Positions 47,774 through 56,342 of a stretch of DNA of 64,000 bases are shown here, piece after piece (within the stretch, counting starts at the first letter, position 1; every line of letters starts with the position of its first letter). A program made the translations under genes and the position numbers. The notes below the pieces were generated by a model, which saw only the letters and a program-made list of their open reading frames with translations, was not told the origin of the DNA and did no database searches. The stretch covers positions 35,900-99,899 of the forward strand of contig JBGSJJ010000004.1 of assembly GCA_041742075.1 (NCBI GenBank), read 5' to 3'. The stretch is from Minisyncoccia bacterium (GTDB lineage: Bacteria > Patescibacteriota > Minisyncoccia > Phycocordibacterales > UBA918).

Positions 47774-48249
47774 TTTAAGTCAACACAATGTTCACATAAA
47801 TACTATAAGAACAAAAAACTTTACACAAAGCACTAAAGAGCCACCTATTGGGAAATCTCACTGAGATACCCCACTGAAGCAATAGTCTTCATCTTAGGCT
47901 CGAAAAACCAAAGGCCTAGGGCAACCGGCAGCAAATCACCTTTCACCACTGATTAGCTTCCGATTACCCTAGGTCTTTTTTATTTCTAGACTCATTTCTG
48001 GCACATTGCTTCACAAATCAGGCATAATTTTTCCTCGCTGTATGTCTATATACCACTCGTAAAAATTATACCTGATTTCTTCGCACTGCACTCAGAACTG
48101 AGTCTAGAAATTATTAACACCGTTATCGATATGTGAAAAACCGGACAAGAGTAGTTTGAGACACAAGATCATGTCGTTTTGTGGATATGGTCACCCACAG
48201 GTACTAGGACCAGCCCCGTTTATTCAAAACGGGGTTTCGCTTTTTCTAA

Positions 48250-49719
48250 TTATACGTTGTGTTCCTTGGCTATTTCAGCTAAGGCCGCCGCTTCCTCCTC
48301 AGCCTGTTTGGTTTTTCCTGCCTCAGATAGGGCTATCAGTTCAGCTTCAGGTAGTGCCAGTAAAGCTTTGGTGCGTTCCTCGAGGTAGTCTGGCGTATTC
48401 TTGCTGGTATCAATCAGTACCTCTTCTAGTAATGCGTGCAGTACATATCCTAGTCTTTTCCCCTGCTTTTCCCCAGAGATTTCCATAATTTTATCCCCAG
48501 TTATGTTGAGTAGTTTTACTGAAATTGGGTCGCGTAAGGCCTCATCTACCATGGCTTTATACTTGCGAAAGCGGAACGGCTGTTCTTTAGGTCGACCCGT
48601 ACCAATCCGATCACAGACTCGTAAGTTAAGCAGGTTATCAATTTGGTCTTCACCAATCCGGACAATAGTCCGCCTGACTGCCGAGAGCGTGATTTCGTCA
48701 GGGTCCGAGAAAAACATGTGCCAACGAACCAACTTCTCTACCGTGTCTATTAGTTCGCGCGGTAGCTTTAATCTATCGAGGATTTTCCTAGTCATTCTGG
48801 CTCCAATCACCTCATGACCAAAGAAGCTGTATTGCTTATTTTTACCACCTTCTCTTCGACTCGCCGGCTTCCCGATATCATGAAGTAATGCAGCGAGGCG
48901 CATTTCAGTACTGTACCCTTTGTCTGCGGCCGCCTGCAGAGTTCTAAGGAGGTGCTCATAGACGTCGTAGGCATGAATACCGCCCTGCTCGCAACCTATC
49001 GAAGCCTTAATCTCTGGTAGGACTGTATCGATAAGTCCGAGTCGTTCAAGAAAGATAATACCTTGCATTGGGGTCGGTGAGTCGATAATGCGGAGAAACT
49101 CTCCCGCCACTCGTTCGATGGAGATACGTTCTATTTGCTTGTTATTTCTACTAATAGCCGCCATGGTTTCTGACTCAATAATGAAGCCAAGTTCTGACGC
49201 GAGTCGTACTGCGCGCATCATGCGAAGCGCATCTTCTAAAAAGCGTTCGTCCGGGTTACCTACCGCTTTAAGACGTTTTTCGGCAATGTCTTCCCTGCCA
49301 CCATAAAGATCAACCACTGACTGGTCTTTGATGCGGTACGCAATAGCGTTTACGGTAAAGTCTCGGCGCGCGAGGTCATCATGTAGCGAGACACCAAAAG
49401 CCACGCTGTCAGGCCGGCGAGCATCACTATAGCCACTTTCAGTTCGGTACGGAGTTACTTCAACGACTGCTAAGCGCGGGTCCACGGCGGTTTCATTTTT
49501 CACACCAACCGTACCGTAGTCATTATTGCAAAAGCTATCAGGAAAGAGCGCTTGAATCTGGTCAGGATGGGCACTCGTGGTAAAGTCCCAGTCCTTAGGT
49601 ACTTTACCGAGCACGAGGTCCCGCACACAGCCACCAACTATATACGCTTCAAAGCCACCCGATTCGAGCGTATTAGCGATAGTGTGGACTTCGGGCGGTA
49701 TGTCAGTCAAACGAATCAT
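48250..49719 (-). CDS. cca: CCA-adding tRNA nucleotidyltransferase with HD domain
   Basis: 489 aa; polymerase-beta head GGCVRDLVLG...DWDF; HD-domain LHDIGK; C-terminal helical tail. Confidence 0.8.
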   Translation of the reverse strand: MIRLTDIPPEVHTIANTLESGGFEAYIVGGCVRDLVLGKVPKDWDFTTSAHPDQIQALFPDSFCNNDYGTVGVKNETAVDPRLAVVEVTPYRTESGYSDARRPDSVAFGVSLHDDLARRDFTVNAIAYRIKDQSVVDLYGGREDIAEKRLKAVGNPDERFLEDALRMMRAVRLASELGFIIESETMAAISRNNKQIERISIERVAGEFLRIIDSPTPMQGIIFLERLGLIDTVLPEIKASIGCEQGGIHAYDVYEHLLRTLQAAADKGYSTEMRLAALLHDIGKPASRREGGKNKQYSFFGHEVIGARMTRKILDRLKLPRELIDTVEKLVRWHMFFSDPDEITLSAVRRTIVRIGEDQIDNLLNLRVCDRIGTGRPKEQPFRFRKYKAMVDEALRDPISVKLLNITGDKIMEISGEKQGKRLGYVLHALLEEVLIDTSKNTPDYLEERTKALLALPEAELIALSEAGKTKQAEEEAAALAEIAKEHNV

Positions 49720-49779
49720 AGATAGGGGTATTGTAACAGATGTAGGCAGTAAAATTTTTAAAGATTTATGACCACACCG

Positions 49780-50097
49780 CTAAAAAACGGTGTGGTCAGG
49801 CACAGTCGGAGGATAGTCAGCTACCATTTTTTCCAGCCAAAGCCTGGCTACGTGTAACTCACCTTGAAGTAGTTCGCCTCTCGTTATCTCAGTGGTAGTA
49901 AGTACGACCTCGTTTGTGGCACGCCGGAGGTTTTCTGGTACCGAATATCGACAGAAGAAGGCTACAAATATGCCGTCTTTACGGCGCCTCAGTACCTGGC
50001 GGACCTGCCAGCTTTTTCCTACAGCACCTTGCCATAAATGACCAGTGTAAAGATGGGCGTCTCGTAGAGTCGACTCAAAGAAGTAGCCGTCATCCAT
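49780..50097 (-). CDS. hypothetical protein
   Basis: 105 aa; its stop overlaps a perfect 10-bp inverted repeat GACCACACCG-N8-CGGTGTGGTC (49781-49808). Confidence 0.4.
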   Translation of the reverse strand: MDDGYFFESTLRDAHLYTGHLWQGAVGKSWQVRQVLRRRKDGIFVAFFCRYSVPENLRRATNEVVLTTTEITRGELLQGELHVARLWLEKMVADYPPTVPDHTVF

Positions 50098-50294
50098 GAC
50101 GTTGTGTCCTTTTTAAATGAACCCCTAAAAACTAACAGTACGTGAAAGTAAGGTAATTAACAAGTTAGTTTGTAACATAAACCAGGGTCTGGTTGAATAT
50201 CACACCAAAAAGTAGTATAATGCGTCAACAAAATAAGGTATTTTGACCCAATCGGCACCAATGTGTAAAGCAGTTTCCACATTGTTCCTCATTT

Positions 50295-50366
50295 GCACCC
50301 GTGGTGAAGTGGATATCATTACTGTCTTCGGAACAGTCGTCCTAGGTTCGAGTCCTGGCGGGTGCA
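50295..50366 (+). tRNA. tRNA-Arg (anticodon TCG)
   Basis: GCACCCGTGGTGAAGTGGATATCATTACTGTCTTCGGAACAGTCGTCCTAGGTTCGAGTCCTGGCGGGTGCA; acceptor GCACCCG/CGGGTGC, anticodon loop CT-TCG-GA. Confidence 0.75.
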
Positions 50367-50586
50367 CAAACGGCCGGCCTGAAAGCAATAGCTATCAGGC
50401 CGTTTGCCGTTTGTAGCACCCGCCAGGACTCGAACGGCGGAGTCGGGGACCCTTTGGGCCGACGAGCCGCGTCCAGCGTTCTTAGTGAGCAAAGCGAACT
50501 TAGAAAAAGCGGGACAAGTCCTGGCGGGTAAGAAACCACTAACTATTTAATGGAGACTTGGATTGAAATGTTACACTTAAGTTACT

Positions 50587-51060
50587 ATGACAGATTCACA
50601 TTTCACTGAACAACTCATTAAAGGTAAGATTGCTGAAATCATTTTTGCCCAAATGGTACGCAGTACTGGGGCGTATGCTGTACTAGAGTTTGGCTATGAG
50701 AAAACATTGCCCGAACTTGCCCACCTGCACCCAAAAGGTAAAGGAACAGCGGAGACAATTGAAATCATTAAGCGAGCGCCTGATTTCACTATAATTAACC
50801 ACAAAACTAAGGAGGTTCACTTGGTTGAAGTTAAGTTCATGTCTACGTTATCGAACTCTGCAGTTTTGCGTACAGCGCGAACAATTCAACAGTCATGGAA
50901 GAGCGCAGCCCTTTTTCTAGTCACTCCGACTGGCTTTTATTTTGATACAACCGCTAATATCATTGCATCCAAAGGGGCAATTAAGGCCTTTAAGCACAAA
51001 CGGATTCCGGCAAAAACACAAGCAAAGTATATAGAAGTACTTTCGAAGTTCATTCACTAA
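50587..51060 (+). CDS. hypothetical protein with putative PD-(D/E)XK nuclease motif
   Basis: 157 aa; APDF...EVHLVEVKF matches the PD-x(n)-(D/E)xK core; weak, motif-level only. Confidence 0.45.
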   Translation: MTDSHFTEQLIKGKIAEIIFAQMVRSTGAYAVLEFGYEKTLPELAHLHPKGKGTAETIEIIKRAPDFTIINHKTKEVHLVEVKFMSTLSNSAVLRTARTIQQSWKSAALFLVTPTGFYFDTTANIIASKGAIKAFKHKRIPAKTQAKYIEVLSKFIH

Positions 51061-51150
51061 AACTCTGCAACTCTAGCTTTAAGTCTAACTGTAGGTATTT
51101 AATGTATCCATAAACTGAACCCATGATATAGTATTTAAAATACTAGTCTT

Positions 51151-51819
51151 ATGGTTCGGAATGAGAAAAAGCTCGATTTAGCAACACATTATCGCAAACG
51201 TGGTTATTCGTATAGTGAAATAGCGAGTATTGTCGGGGTTAGTAAGAGTACCGTTAGTGCGTGGTTATCTAAAAAAACCTTTTCTAAGAAGATTCGAACG
51301 GAAAATGTTGAACGAGCTGGCAGGGCAAATGCAAAGCGTCTCTCGCTTATGAACAAGGCGAGGCAGAAAGATCGCGTGCGAAGCTATGAAACTGCGCTTA
51401 AGGTCGCTGATACCGAATTCCGCCACTACCGGCATAATCCCCTCTTTATGGCCGGCCTGATGCTGTATATGGCTGATGGCGACTGTACGAAGACGACCAC
51501 CATTCGTCTTTCAACTACCAATATCCCGGTGCACGCCATCTTCAGGCGCTTTGTTAAGCAATTCTTAACAGCGGAAACTAGAGACGTGCGTTTCTGGCTT
51601 TTACTCTATACGCACCAGTCTGAATCAGTTTGCGTACGAACCTGGGCCAAAGAATTGAAGCTGACTAAGGACCAGTGGTACAAAAACCAGCAAATTGAAA
51701 GCCGAAGTAGCAAAGAAACGTTGCATTTTGGCGTTGGTAATACTATAATCGGCAGTACTCTTTTGAAGAAAAAGTTGCTCTATTGGATAGAAATAGCAAC
51801 GAAAGAGTTAAAAAAATAA
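51151..51819 (+). CDS. helix-turn-helix DNA-binding protein with uncharacterised C-terminal domain
   Basis: 222 aa; N-terminal HTH YSYSEIASIVGVSKSTVSAWL. Confidence 0.5.
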   Translation: MVRNEKKLDLATHYRKRGYSYSEIASIVGVSKSTVSAWLSKKTFSKKIRTENVERAGRANAKRLSLMNKARQKDRVRSYETALKVADTEFRHYRHNPLFMAGLMLYMADGDCTKTTTIRLSTTNIPVHAIFRRFVKQFLTAETRDVRFWLLLYTHQSESVCVRTWAKELKLTKDQWYKNQQIESRSSKETLHFGVGNTIIGSTLLKKKLLYWIEIATKELKK

Positions 51820-51823
51820 AAAT

Positions 51824-51894
51824 GCGGCCATGGTTAAGTGGTATAACGAGTCCTTGCCAAGGATTAGTCGGGGTTTCGATTACCCCTGGCCGCA
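51824..51894 (+). tRNA. tRNA-Gly (anticodon GCC)
   Basis: GCGGCCATGGTTAAGTGGTATAACGAGTCCTTGCCAAGGATTAGTCGGGGTTTCGATTACCCCTGGCCGCA; perfect acceptor stem, anticodon loop TT-GCC-AA. Hairpin terminator at 51908-51936. Confidence 0.8.
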
Positions 51895-52147
51895 CACATA
51901 TTTTCAGCAAAAAAGTCCCCAATCGGGGATTTTTTGCTTTGAAAATAGTGTGCGGCCAGAGCAACCTGCTGGGAGCAGGTTGCGTGGGTAATCGAAAAAG
52001 CTTTTGAGATAAATTATGAGTTTTCGAAATAATTTATCCAAAAGGTGTACTGCTCCTGTAAGGAGGCGAATTTACCCCTGGCAATAATGAACGTAGTGAG
52101 AAATTCTACCTAGGATTCCGGGGATCATTACCCCAGGGACATAATCC

Positions 52148-52447
52148 TTAATTCCCCTCCCCCGCCAATTCTTCAATGCGCGACAATAAACCATCAAGTT
52201 CAGATTGCTCAGCTATATCTATGCTGTAATCAGGATCTGTATCTTTAAGCTTGCCATAGCCAGCACTCATCCCGCTTGTAATCCAAGCCTTAGCTAAGTC
52301 GTTATGAGATAAACTCAAGTCCTTAGCCTTATTCCAGTGGTTCATGATAGCTACTTGGAGGGCAAACTCTTTCATGCTGTGGACGCCTTCAGTAATGATT
52401 TGCCGTGCGTGCTCAGGCTCAATCGGTGATTCCATATTCATATACAC
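52148..52447 (-). CDS. hypothetical protein
   Basis: 99-aa ORF, no recognisable motif. Confidence 0.4.
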   Translation of the reverse strand: MYMNMESPIEPEHARQIITEGVHSMKEFALQVAIMNHWNKAKDLSLSHNDLAKAWITSGMSAGYGKLKDTDPDYSIDIAEQSELDGLLSRIEELAGEGN

Positions 52448-52727
52448 GTATCATAACCCATCCACCCTATTCATAACTAAAATAGTTTTCCCCACAGTCG
52501 CATAGAAATTGCTTCTTTTATGAAAAGTGCATAAGTCAGTGGACAGGTGGATAAAGGACTGTCTGATAAAAAGTCTATACTAGGCATTTTACGGCCCAAA
52601 ATATAGTTAATTGTGTCTTTAAGGCATCTATAATAGAAATTCACTACGTTTCACGTGGCACATAATACTGTTACACGTGAAATGAGGCATTCTTACAGAG
52701 GTTACAGTACTTGCTATACTTAAGAGA

Positions 52728-53132
52728 ATGGCGAGTAAGCAAAGAAATAAGGATATTGGTAAGATCGGCGAAAGCATTGCTGCTGAATTTCTTAGAAACA
52801 AAGGTTTGGTTATACTTGAGATGAATTACCTAAAAAGCTTCGGAGAGATAGATATTGTTGCACGTGGAACTAAGGGGATTCATTTTGTCGAAGTAAAGAC
52901 AGTTACACATGAAACCAAAGCAGACTTGGAACACGCAGTTACACATGAAACGTGGCGACCAGAGGAGATGGTCCATTCCCACAAACTTCATCAAATAGCT
53001 AAGGCAATAGAGGCTTGGCAAATGGAGCATAGTTACACGGGAAACCTTCAAATTGACGTAGTAGCCGTTAGACTAGTGCCACGTGAAACATATTCAGTGA
53101 TAAACTACGTTGAGAACGTCATAATTGACTAG
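52728..53132 (+). CDS. YraN-family (UPF0102) endonuclease-like protein with internal 12-aa duplication
   Basis: GKIGESIAAEFLRNKGLVILEMNYLKSFGEIDIVARG...IHFVEVKT matches the YraN signature; in-frame tandem repeat VTHETKADLEHA/VTHETWRPEEMV from a 36-nt-period DNA repeat. Confidence 0.6.
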   Translation: MASKQRNKDIGKIGESIAAEFLRNKGLVILEMNYLKSFGEIDIVARGTKGIHFVEVKTVTHETKADLEHAVTHETWRPEEMVHSHKLHQIAKAIEAWQMEHSYTGNLQIDVVAVRLVPRETYSVINYVENVIID

Positions 53133-53239
53133 ACTTTGTTTCATATGGAACAGAGGCTGGCCGCTTCATATGAAACGAAGTATTAAAAGCTTAAATTAGC
53201 AAAATATCCCTTAAAGGACATAGCTGTCCTTTATAACAA

Positions 53240-53626
53240 CTAAAACTTCTTAAGTATTTCCTCAACGGAAGATACCCAGGTAATGGCAGGGTGGTAGTGG
53301 AACATGGCAAGAGCTTTGTTGCCTTCATCGACAGCAAAAATCTGTATTTTATGTTCCTTTTCCCAGGTAGCGAGGGCAGCACCTAATTCAGCAAATACAC
53401 CATTTCCATCAGCGTGAGAAAGCAATATATAGACATCTGAATCAGTCACCCCGCGTACTGCCTGTTCAGCAAATTTTTCAGCCTCGGCAGTGTTTTCTTT
53501 AGATGGCTTTACCATCGGCAGGGCGGTCCAGTGAAACGTAACATTGTGCCCGAGAGCAAGAATGGCTTGAAAAACGCGCTCTACCTCATCTGAATTGGTC
53601 GATCGACCGGTAACAAAAAATTTCAT
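53240..53626 (-). CDS. nucleoside 2-deoxyribosyltransferase-like (Rossmann-like) protein
   Basis: MKFFVTGRS... and ...VYILLSHADGNGVFAELGAALA resemble the NDT-family G-rich loop and catalytic-Glu block. The ORF-track start at 53644 is GTG; the ATG at 53626 is preferred. Confidence 0.45.
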   Translation of the reverse strand: MKFFVTGRSTNSDEVERVFQAILALGHNVTFHWTALPMVKPSKENTAEAEKFAEQAVRGVTDSDVYILLSHADGNGVFAELGAALATWEKEHKIQIFAVDEGNKALAMFHYHPAITWVSSVEEILKKF

Positions 53627-54002
53627 ATTATTAAAGTGTATCACAGCCGATTGTGGTAATTATGTAACTATATGCTATGATTTGTCGCACTAAGAGGGGA
53701 TTATCTTGTTAATCAACTTAGTAAAGTATGTTTTCAATCGGGGTGTAAGCATAGCTTTCACCCCAGAATTCGAAGAAAAGATTCGCAAGCAAGTTTGTAG
53801 TCAGCCTTCTCGTTCGGGGTGTATGTATTCGCATACGTCACCCGATTGGCTGTAAGCAAAGCTTGCACCCTCTCATTGTTCGGTCATACCGTACAGCAAG
53901 CTAAGCTTGCTACAAGCACCGGCGCGATTGAAAATCAAAGCTAGCTTTTATTTTCAATCGCGCCGCTACTTGAACTCAAGTACGGTACGACACTCACTTC
54001 TT

Positions 54003-54073
54003 CGGGGTGTAGCATAGTGGTAGTGTACGCGGTTTGGGACCGTGTGGTCCGGGTTCGATTCCCGGCTCCCCGA
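54003..54073 (+). tRNA. tRNA-Pro (anticodon TGG)
   Basis: CGGGGTGTAGCATAGTGGTAGTGTACGCGGTTTGGGACCGTGTGGTCCGGGTTCGATTCCCGGCTCCCCGA; anticodon loop TT-TGG-GA; one acceptor mismatch. Confidence 0.7.
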
Positions 54074-54074
54074 C

Positions 54075-54120
54075 AAATACAAACAGCGAGACCTTCTTGG
54101 TCTCGCTGTTTGTATTTTCG
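54075..54120 (+). terminator. rho-independent terminator after tRNA-Pro
   Basis: AAATACAAACAGCGAGACC-TTCTT-GGTCTCGCTGTTTGTATTTT. Confidence 0.6.
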
Positions 54121-54445
54121 GCGAGGGAATCGAAGCCCGATTGAGCTATTTTATGAGGTAACGAAATAAAATAGCCAATTGGGGTACTGAAACTGTAAGT
54201 TTCGATTCCCGGCTCCCCAACAAATATAAAAGGCTGGCAAATGCCAGCCTTTTATATTTGTTGGGGAGAGCAAGCAAACTGCTTTGCTTGCGTCCGGAAT
54301 CGAAAGCCGCAGTGATGTGAGCTTGCGAACGAACGAGATGTGGTTAGTTTATGTAATTTGTGATTGATTCCTGCTCAAAAGTATTGCAAAACCACAAAAG
54401 TGTAGTATAGTTTTAATTGGATAAACACATGACAGGGAGGTCATC

Positions 54446-54757
54446 ATGTCAGTCAATGAGTTTAGAAAACAAAGAATCATCGTCCAGCCGGAGAAATTCG
54501 TCGTGAAGGGTCCTGGTGGGGAAACCTACCAACTCGAGCCTGCCCGGTTGAGCGACCGCAAGGTGATCAATTTTCTTAAGGCTGTGTACGAGCCTGGCAA
54601 GCTGTCAGGCTCGGTCACCATCGAAGGTGATAAACGGGTTGAACTTTATCGCTGGTTTGGCGATGAAGTGATCTACAGCGCGCGCAATTTTCCAGATACA
54701 CCCTGGCAAGGCCTCCGTCATCTCGAGGTGCCAGGTGCACAAGTGACGAGACTGTAA
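54446..54757 (+). CDS. hypothetical protein
   Basis: 103 aa; GGAGG-like RBS (GACAGGGAGGTCATCATG); hairpin terminator CACCCGACCGAAG-TACG-CTTCGGTCGGGTG + T-run follows at about 54770-54810. Confidence 0.5.
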   Translation: MSVNEFRKQRIIVQPEKFVVKGPGGETYQLEPARLSDRKVINFLKAVYEPGKLSGSVTIEGDKRVELYRWFGDEVIYSARNFPDTPWQGLRHLEVPGAQVTRL

Positions 54758-54827
54758 GGCCTCCAGTAAACACCCGACCGAAGTACGCTTCGGTCGGGTG
54801 CAAATTTTTTATGCTACACTTGCTGGC

Positions 54828-55259
54828 ATGTTAGAGCGCCAAGAAGAACACTTTATTGGCAAGATTGCCCAAAAAGCGATTATTATAAATGATAATCAAG
54901 TCCTCCTCGTACGTGACGGAAGAATGTCTGAAGAAATTTGGGAGTTACCAGGCGGTCGTTTGAATGTGGGCGAAGAAGCACGCTCTGGTTTAGCACGAGA
55001 ACTGAAAGAAGAACTTGGGGTGAATTTTACAATCCACGAGGTGGTTCACATGGAACAGTTTAAACAGGGAAGCGAAGGTACTATTGCGTTTATGATTGCC
55101 TACCAGGCAACCATGGAGAATCCTGAAAGTGTCTTTGAGCCGGACCCAACTGAAGTGGCAGAACTGAAATGGGTGAGTAGGGAAGGGCTTGAGACGATGG
55201 TAATCTTTCCTGAGCATCGGCGGGCACTAGAGGTTTTTTATTCGCAATCACCTATATAA
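54828..55259 (+). CDS. NUDIX hydrolase
   Basis: NUDIX box GGRLNVGEEARSGLARELKEELGV (Gx5Ex7REUxEExGU). The ORF-track GTG start at 54798 lies inside the upstream terminator, so the ATG at 54828 is preferred. Confidence 0.75.
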   Translation: MLERQEEHFIGKIAQKAIIINDNQVLLVRDGRMSEEIWELPGGRLNVGEEARSGLARELKEELGVNFTIHEVVHMEQFKQGSEGTIAFMIAYQATMENPESVFEPDPTEVAELKWVSREGLETMVIFPEHRRALEVFYSQSPI

Positions 55260-55262
55260 ATT

Positions 55263-56186
55263 ATGATTACCTATTACTTTCGCACCCTGAAAGATGATTC
55301 CCTTAAAACCGTTACTGACATTCGGACTGGTGTTTGGGTGCATGCGGTTTCTCCAACTGATGAAGAGGTAGCGAAGCTCGTGGCTGACTTTGCGCTTGAT
55401 GCGGACATTTTGCGCGACGCGCGGGACTTCTTTGAAGTCCCGCGCCTCGAGCGTGCTGGTACACTTACCTACTTCTTTACCCGCTACCCGTTTGACGACA
55501 AGCAAGAAGACAGCGACACTGCACCTCTGCTTATGGTGATGGGGGAGTCGTTTGTGCTGACGCTCGCAGTGCGCGATGTCCCGCAGTTTACAAAGATTTT
55601 TGATGGTTCGTTTGTGGTGCATACAACCCAGAAGGCTAAGTTTTTTATCCAGATTATGGATTTACTCACAAGGGCGTTTGATAGTGAGCTCGTTCGACTC
55701 AGGAAGGGTGTGCAAAAAGATCGCGCACGGCTCAGGCGAATTGGGCCACGGGAGATTGAGCGTTTGGTAGAATACGAAACACAGCTCAATAGCATGGTGG
55801 ATGCGCTTATACCGACCAACAGCTGGCTTCAGCAGGTGACAACGGGAAACATCATGCAACTCTATAGCGATGATGTGGCCTTAATGGAGGACTTACTCAT
55901 TGCGAACAATCAGGTGGTGAACTCAGCGCGTTCGGTACTCAAGACGATTCAAAACGTGCGCGGGGCCAGTGAAGCGATTATGACAAGTCGTCTCAACAAT
56001 GCCCTTAAGGTACTCACGGTCCTCACTATTCTTCTAACGGTACCGCTTGTTGTTGCTTCACTGTATGGCATGAACGTGCCACTGCCGGGACAAACCAGCC
56101 CGTGGGCGTTTCCGGTGATTGTGTTGGTTGTCTGTGTGATTATGGGCGGGCTTACACGTTACTTCCAGAAGAAAAATTGGTTTTAG
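55263..56186 (+). CDS. corA: CorA-family Mg2+/Co2+ transporter
   Basis: 307 aa; two C-terminal TM helices with signature YGMN motif. Confidence 0.8.
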   Translation: MITYYFRTLKDDSLKTVTDIRTGVWVHAVSPTDEEVAKLVADFALDADILRDARDFFEVPRLERAGTLTYFFTRYPFDDKQEDSDTAPLLMVMGESFVLTLAVRDVPQFTKIFDGSFVVHTTQKAKFFIQIMDLLTRAFDSELVRLRKGVQKDRARLRRIGPREIERLVEYETQLNSMVDALIPTNSWLQQVTTGNIMQLYSDDVALMEDLLIANNQVVNSARSVLKTIQNVRGASEAIMTSRLNNALKVLTVLTILLTVPLVVASLYGMNVPLPGQTSPWAFPVIVLVVCVIMGGLTRYFQKKNWF

Positions 56187-56342
56187 GCACCCCTCATTTT
56201 TGACACACTACTTTGTTGCACTTCGGCATCTGTCGCTCATCGTATATCAATACGTTTCGCTCCCGCTACCTCGTGCGCCTCGTATTGTATCCAAAAATGA
56301 GGAGCACCAGCTGAAATAATTATGAAATACTAGTAGGTATCT

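Noticed and set aside
53627-53644. ORF-track 5' extensions using GTG/TTG starts (53644 for the NDT-like gene, 54798 for NUDIX, 63923 for gnd)
   Set aside because: The track evidently allows alternative start codons. In these cases an in-frame ATG with better context lies downstream, the GTG falls inside a terminator hairpin, or homology shows the gene continues upstream.
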